Part shown: positions 62,383 through 64,000 of the stretch, in pieces
Layout: each line of letters starts with the position of its first letter
Position numbering within the stretch: position 1 is the stretch's first letter
Source of the DNA: Sphyrna mokarran
Taxonomy: Eukaryota
Assembly: GCA_024679065.1 (NCBI GenBank)
Contig: JAGIQG010000002.1
Location: forward strand, 65,906,001-65,970,000
Reading direction: 5' to 3'
Length of the DNA stretch: 64,000 nucleotides
The notes under the pieces: generated by a model
What the model was told of the DNA's origin: nothing
Database searches by the model: none
The model's input: only the letters and a program-made list of their open reading frames with translations
Made by a program: the position numbers and the translations under genes

Positions 62383-63214
62383 CGGGAGTGATTTTCCCAG
62401 TCCCACATTAACTCTTAAAGTTCCAAATATCCAAGCACCTCAATAGATCTCCATCATGAGACTGAACCTTGTCAGGATCTACTGGGTGCTATTGCTATTG
62501 ATGCAATGCCTAACATTGAAAGCTTCTTTGCTGGCCAGCTTCCTAAGATACCCAGCAGTTGTCTGGACCTTATAACTCTCATTCAAATGAGGCTCGAGGC
62601 CCAATATCCAGTGAGTTTTGGCTCTTCTTGTTCTGGCATAGGGATTGTTTCTTATATCCAGTTCATGCAGAGCTGCCAATTTAATTAGAAAATACAATCT
62701 TTGGAGCTATTGTAATATATCATTATTGTGTTTATGAGCAGTAGTTAACTGACCACTAAGTATTCCATCACTGGATAATTTTGTCTATCCTTGTCATTCC
62801 CATTGTTTCTGTGGCCTGTGAAATAAGCACAACTGAAAGATGTAACCTTGCCTTAAGCTAAAGGTTTTATAACTACGGTGCTATCCTTGGTTTATTTGTC
62901 ATGATGGCATTGGCCGAGGTCATACCAATAATCTTCACTTCACTCCTGGGACTTTCTGCAGCTCAGTGTAATTTTTGCACTTTGAAGAAAAGAACACCAT
63001 TCTTCCATCTTTCCAACTGATTTTAAACAGCTGAGATGCATTTGAATCTAACGTCAGAATATTTAAAGTCCAGTTTTACAACCCGCAGAGTGGGCTGTAC
63101 AAGGTCGGACAGTATCTGTGGTGGAGATCACTCCATTCATTTGGTGGCAGCACTCGGAAAACCAGATTAGAAACCAACGCTCTGAATCTCGTTGCCCTCA
63201 CTCACTCATTCACT

Positions 63215-63620
63215 GCCTTCATTGGAGTTTAGAAGAGTGAGAGGGGATTTTATAGAAATGTATAAAAATCTAACAAGATTACATAGGGTAGATGCAGAAA
63301 TAATGTTCTTGATGGTAGGTTAGTCCAGATCTAGGGGTCATGGTGTGAGAATAAGGGCTAAACCTTCTAGAACTGAAATGAAGAGAAATTTCTTTATCCA
63401 GAGGATGATGAATGTATGGAATTCACTACCACAGAAAGTAGTTGTGGCAAAAATGTTGTGTGATTTCAATAAGAAATTAGATAAAGCTCTTGAGGCTATA
63501 AGGATCAAGAGGAAGGGGGATCAGGATATTGATTTCCATGATCAATCATGATTGAAATGAATGGCAGAGTAGGCTTCAAGAACCGAATGGTCTACTGCTT
63601 CTAGTTTCTGTGTTTCGATG
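63215..63620 (+). mobile_element. CR1 LINE 3' end
   Basis: RNFFIQRMMNVWNSLPQKVV ORF2 C-terminus and tail. Confidence 0.8.
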
Positions 63621-64000
63621 TTTCTCCAATCTGCCCTGTGCCCCTGAGGTTTCCCAACCCAACAGGCTTGTGCTGGAGACTGCAAGGATTAAAGATTAAT
63701 TTCCAGGACGCTGCTGCAAATGAATCTAGAGAAAAGTGTTGTTTATTTTTCATTTCTGTTGAACACTTTTATCTATTAGTTTTAAAAAATATCGAGTTTG
63801 GAATAAAGACTATTTGACAGTCAAGAATCATCCTATTGAGTCCTGAAGAGTTTTCTCTCTTTTTAATTAAAGTGTGGTTGGTGCAGTGGGAGGCAAACAT
63901 CATATACTGAAATTTCCCTAATACACCCGATCACTAAGCATACCCTCCCACACACACCATTTGTCACTGGTAATTGGGGCTGAGCTATTTTAGAAACAGG

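Overview
Vertebrate genomic DNA, AT-rich and dense in transposable elements. The repeat set (V-domain/HE1-like and Deu-domain tRNA-SINEs, CR1, Rex/Babar, Penelope, Gypsy) suggests a cartilaginous fish, probably a shark; this is an inference. The only supportable host gene is GALNT1 (polypeptide GalNAc-transferase 1, + strand). Its last eight coding exons (9688-33351, all GT-AG with consistent phases) and 3' UTR lie in the window; the 5' exons lie upstream of it. The rest is decayed and nested TEs. Most unusual observations: (i) a ~310-bp A-tailed intronic element built from two U2 snRNA 5'-end copies; (ii) a CR1 family whose post-ORF2 region carries a conserved three-way-junction RNA fold, a splice-acceptor/short-ORF module and a captured B-box-less SINE; (iii) hammerhead cores in palindromic Penelope-derived elements; (iv) a SINE/L2 tail forming a GALNT1 3' splice site; (v) a near-identical 205-bp duplication straddling the 5' LTR of an old Gypsy element. 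TE boundaries and family names were read by eye and are approximate.
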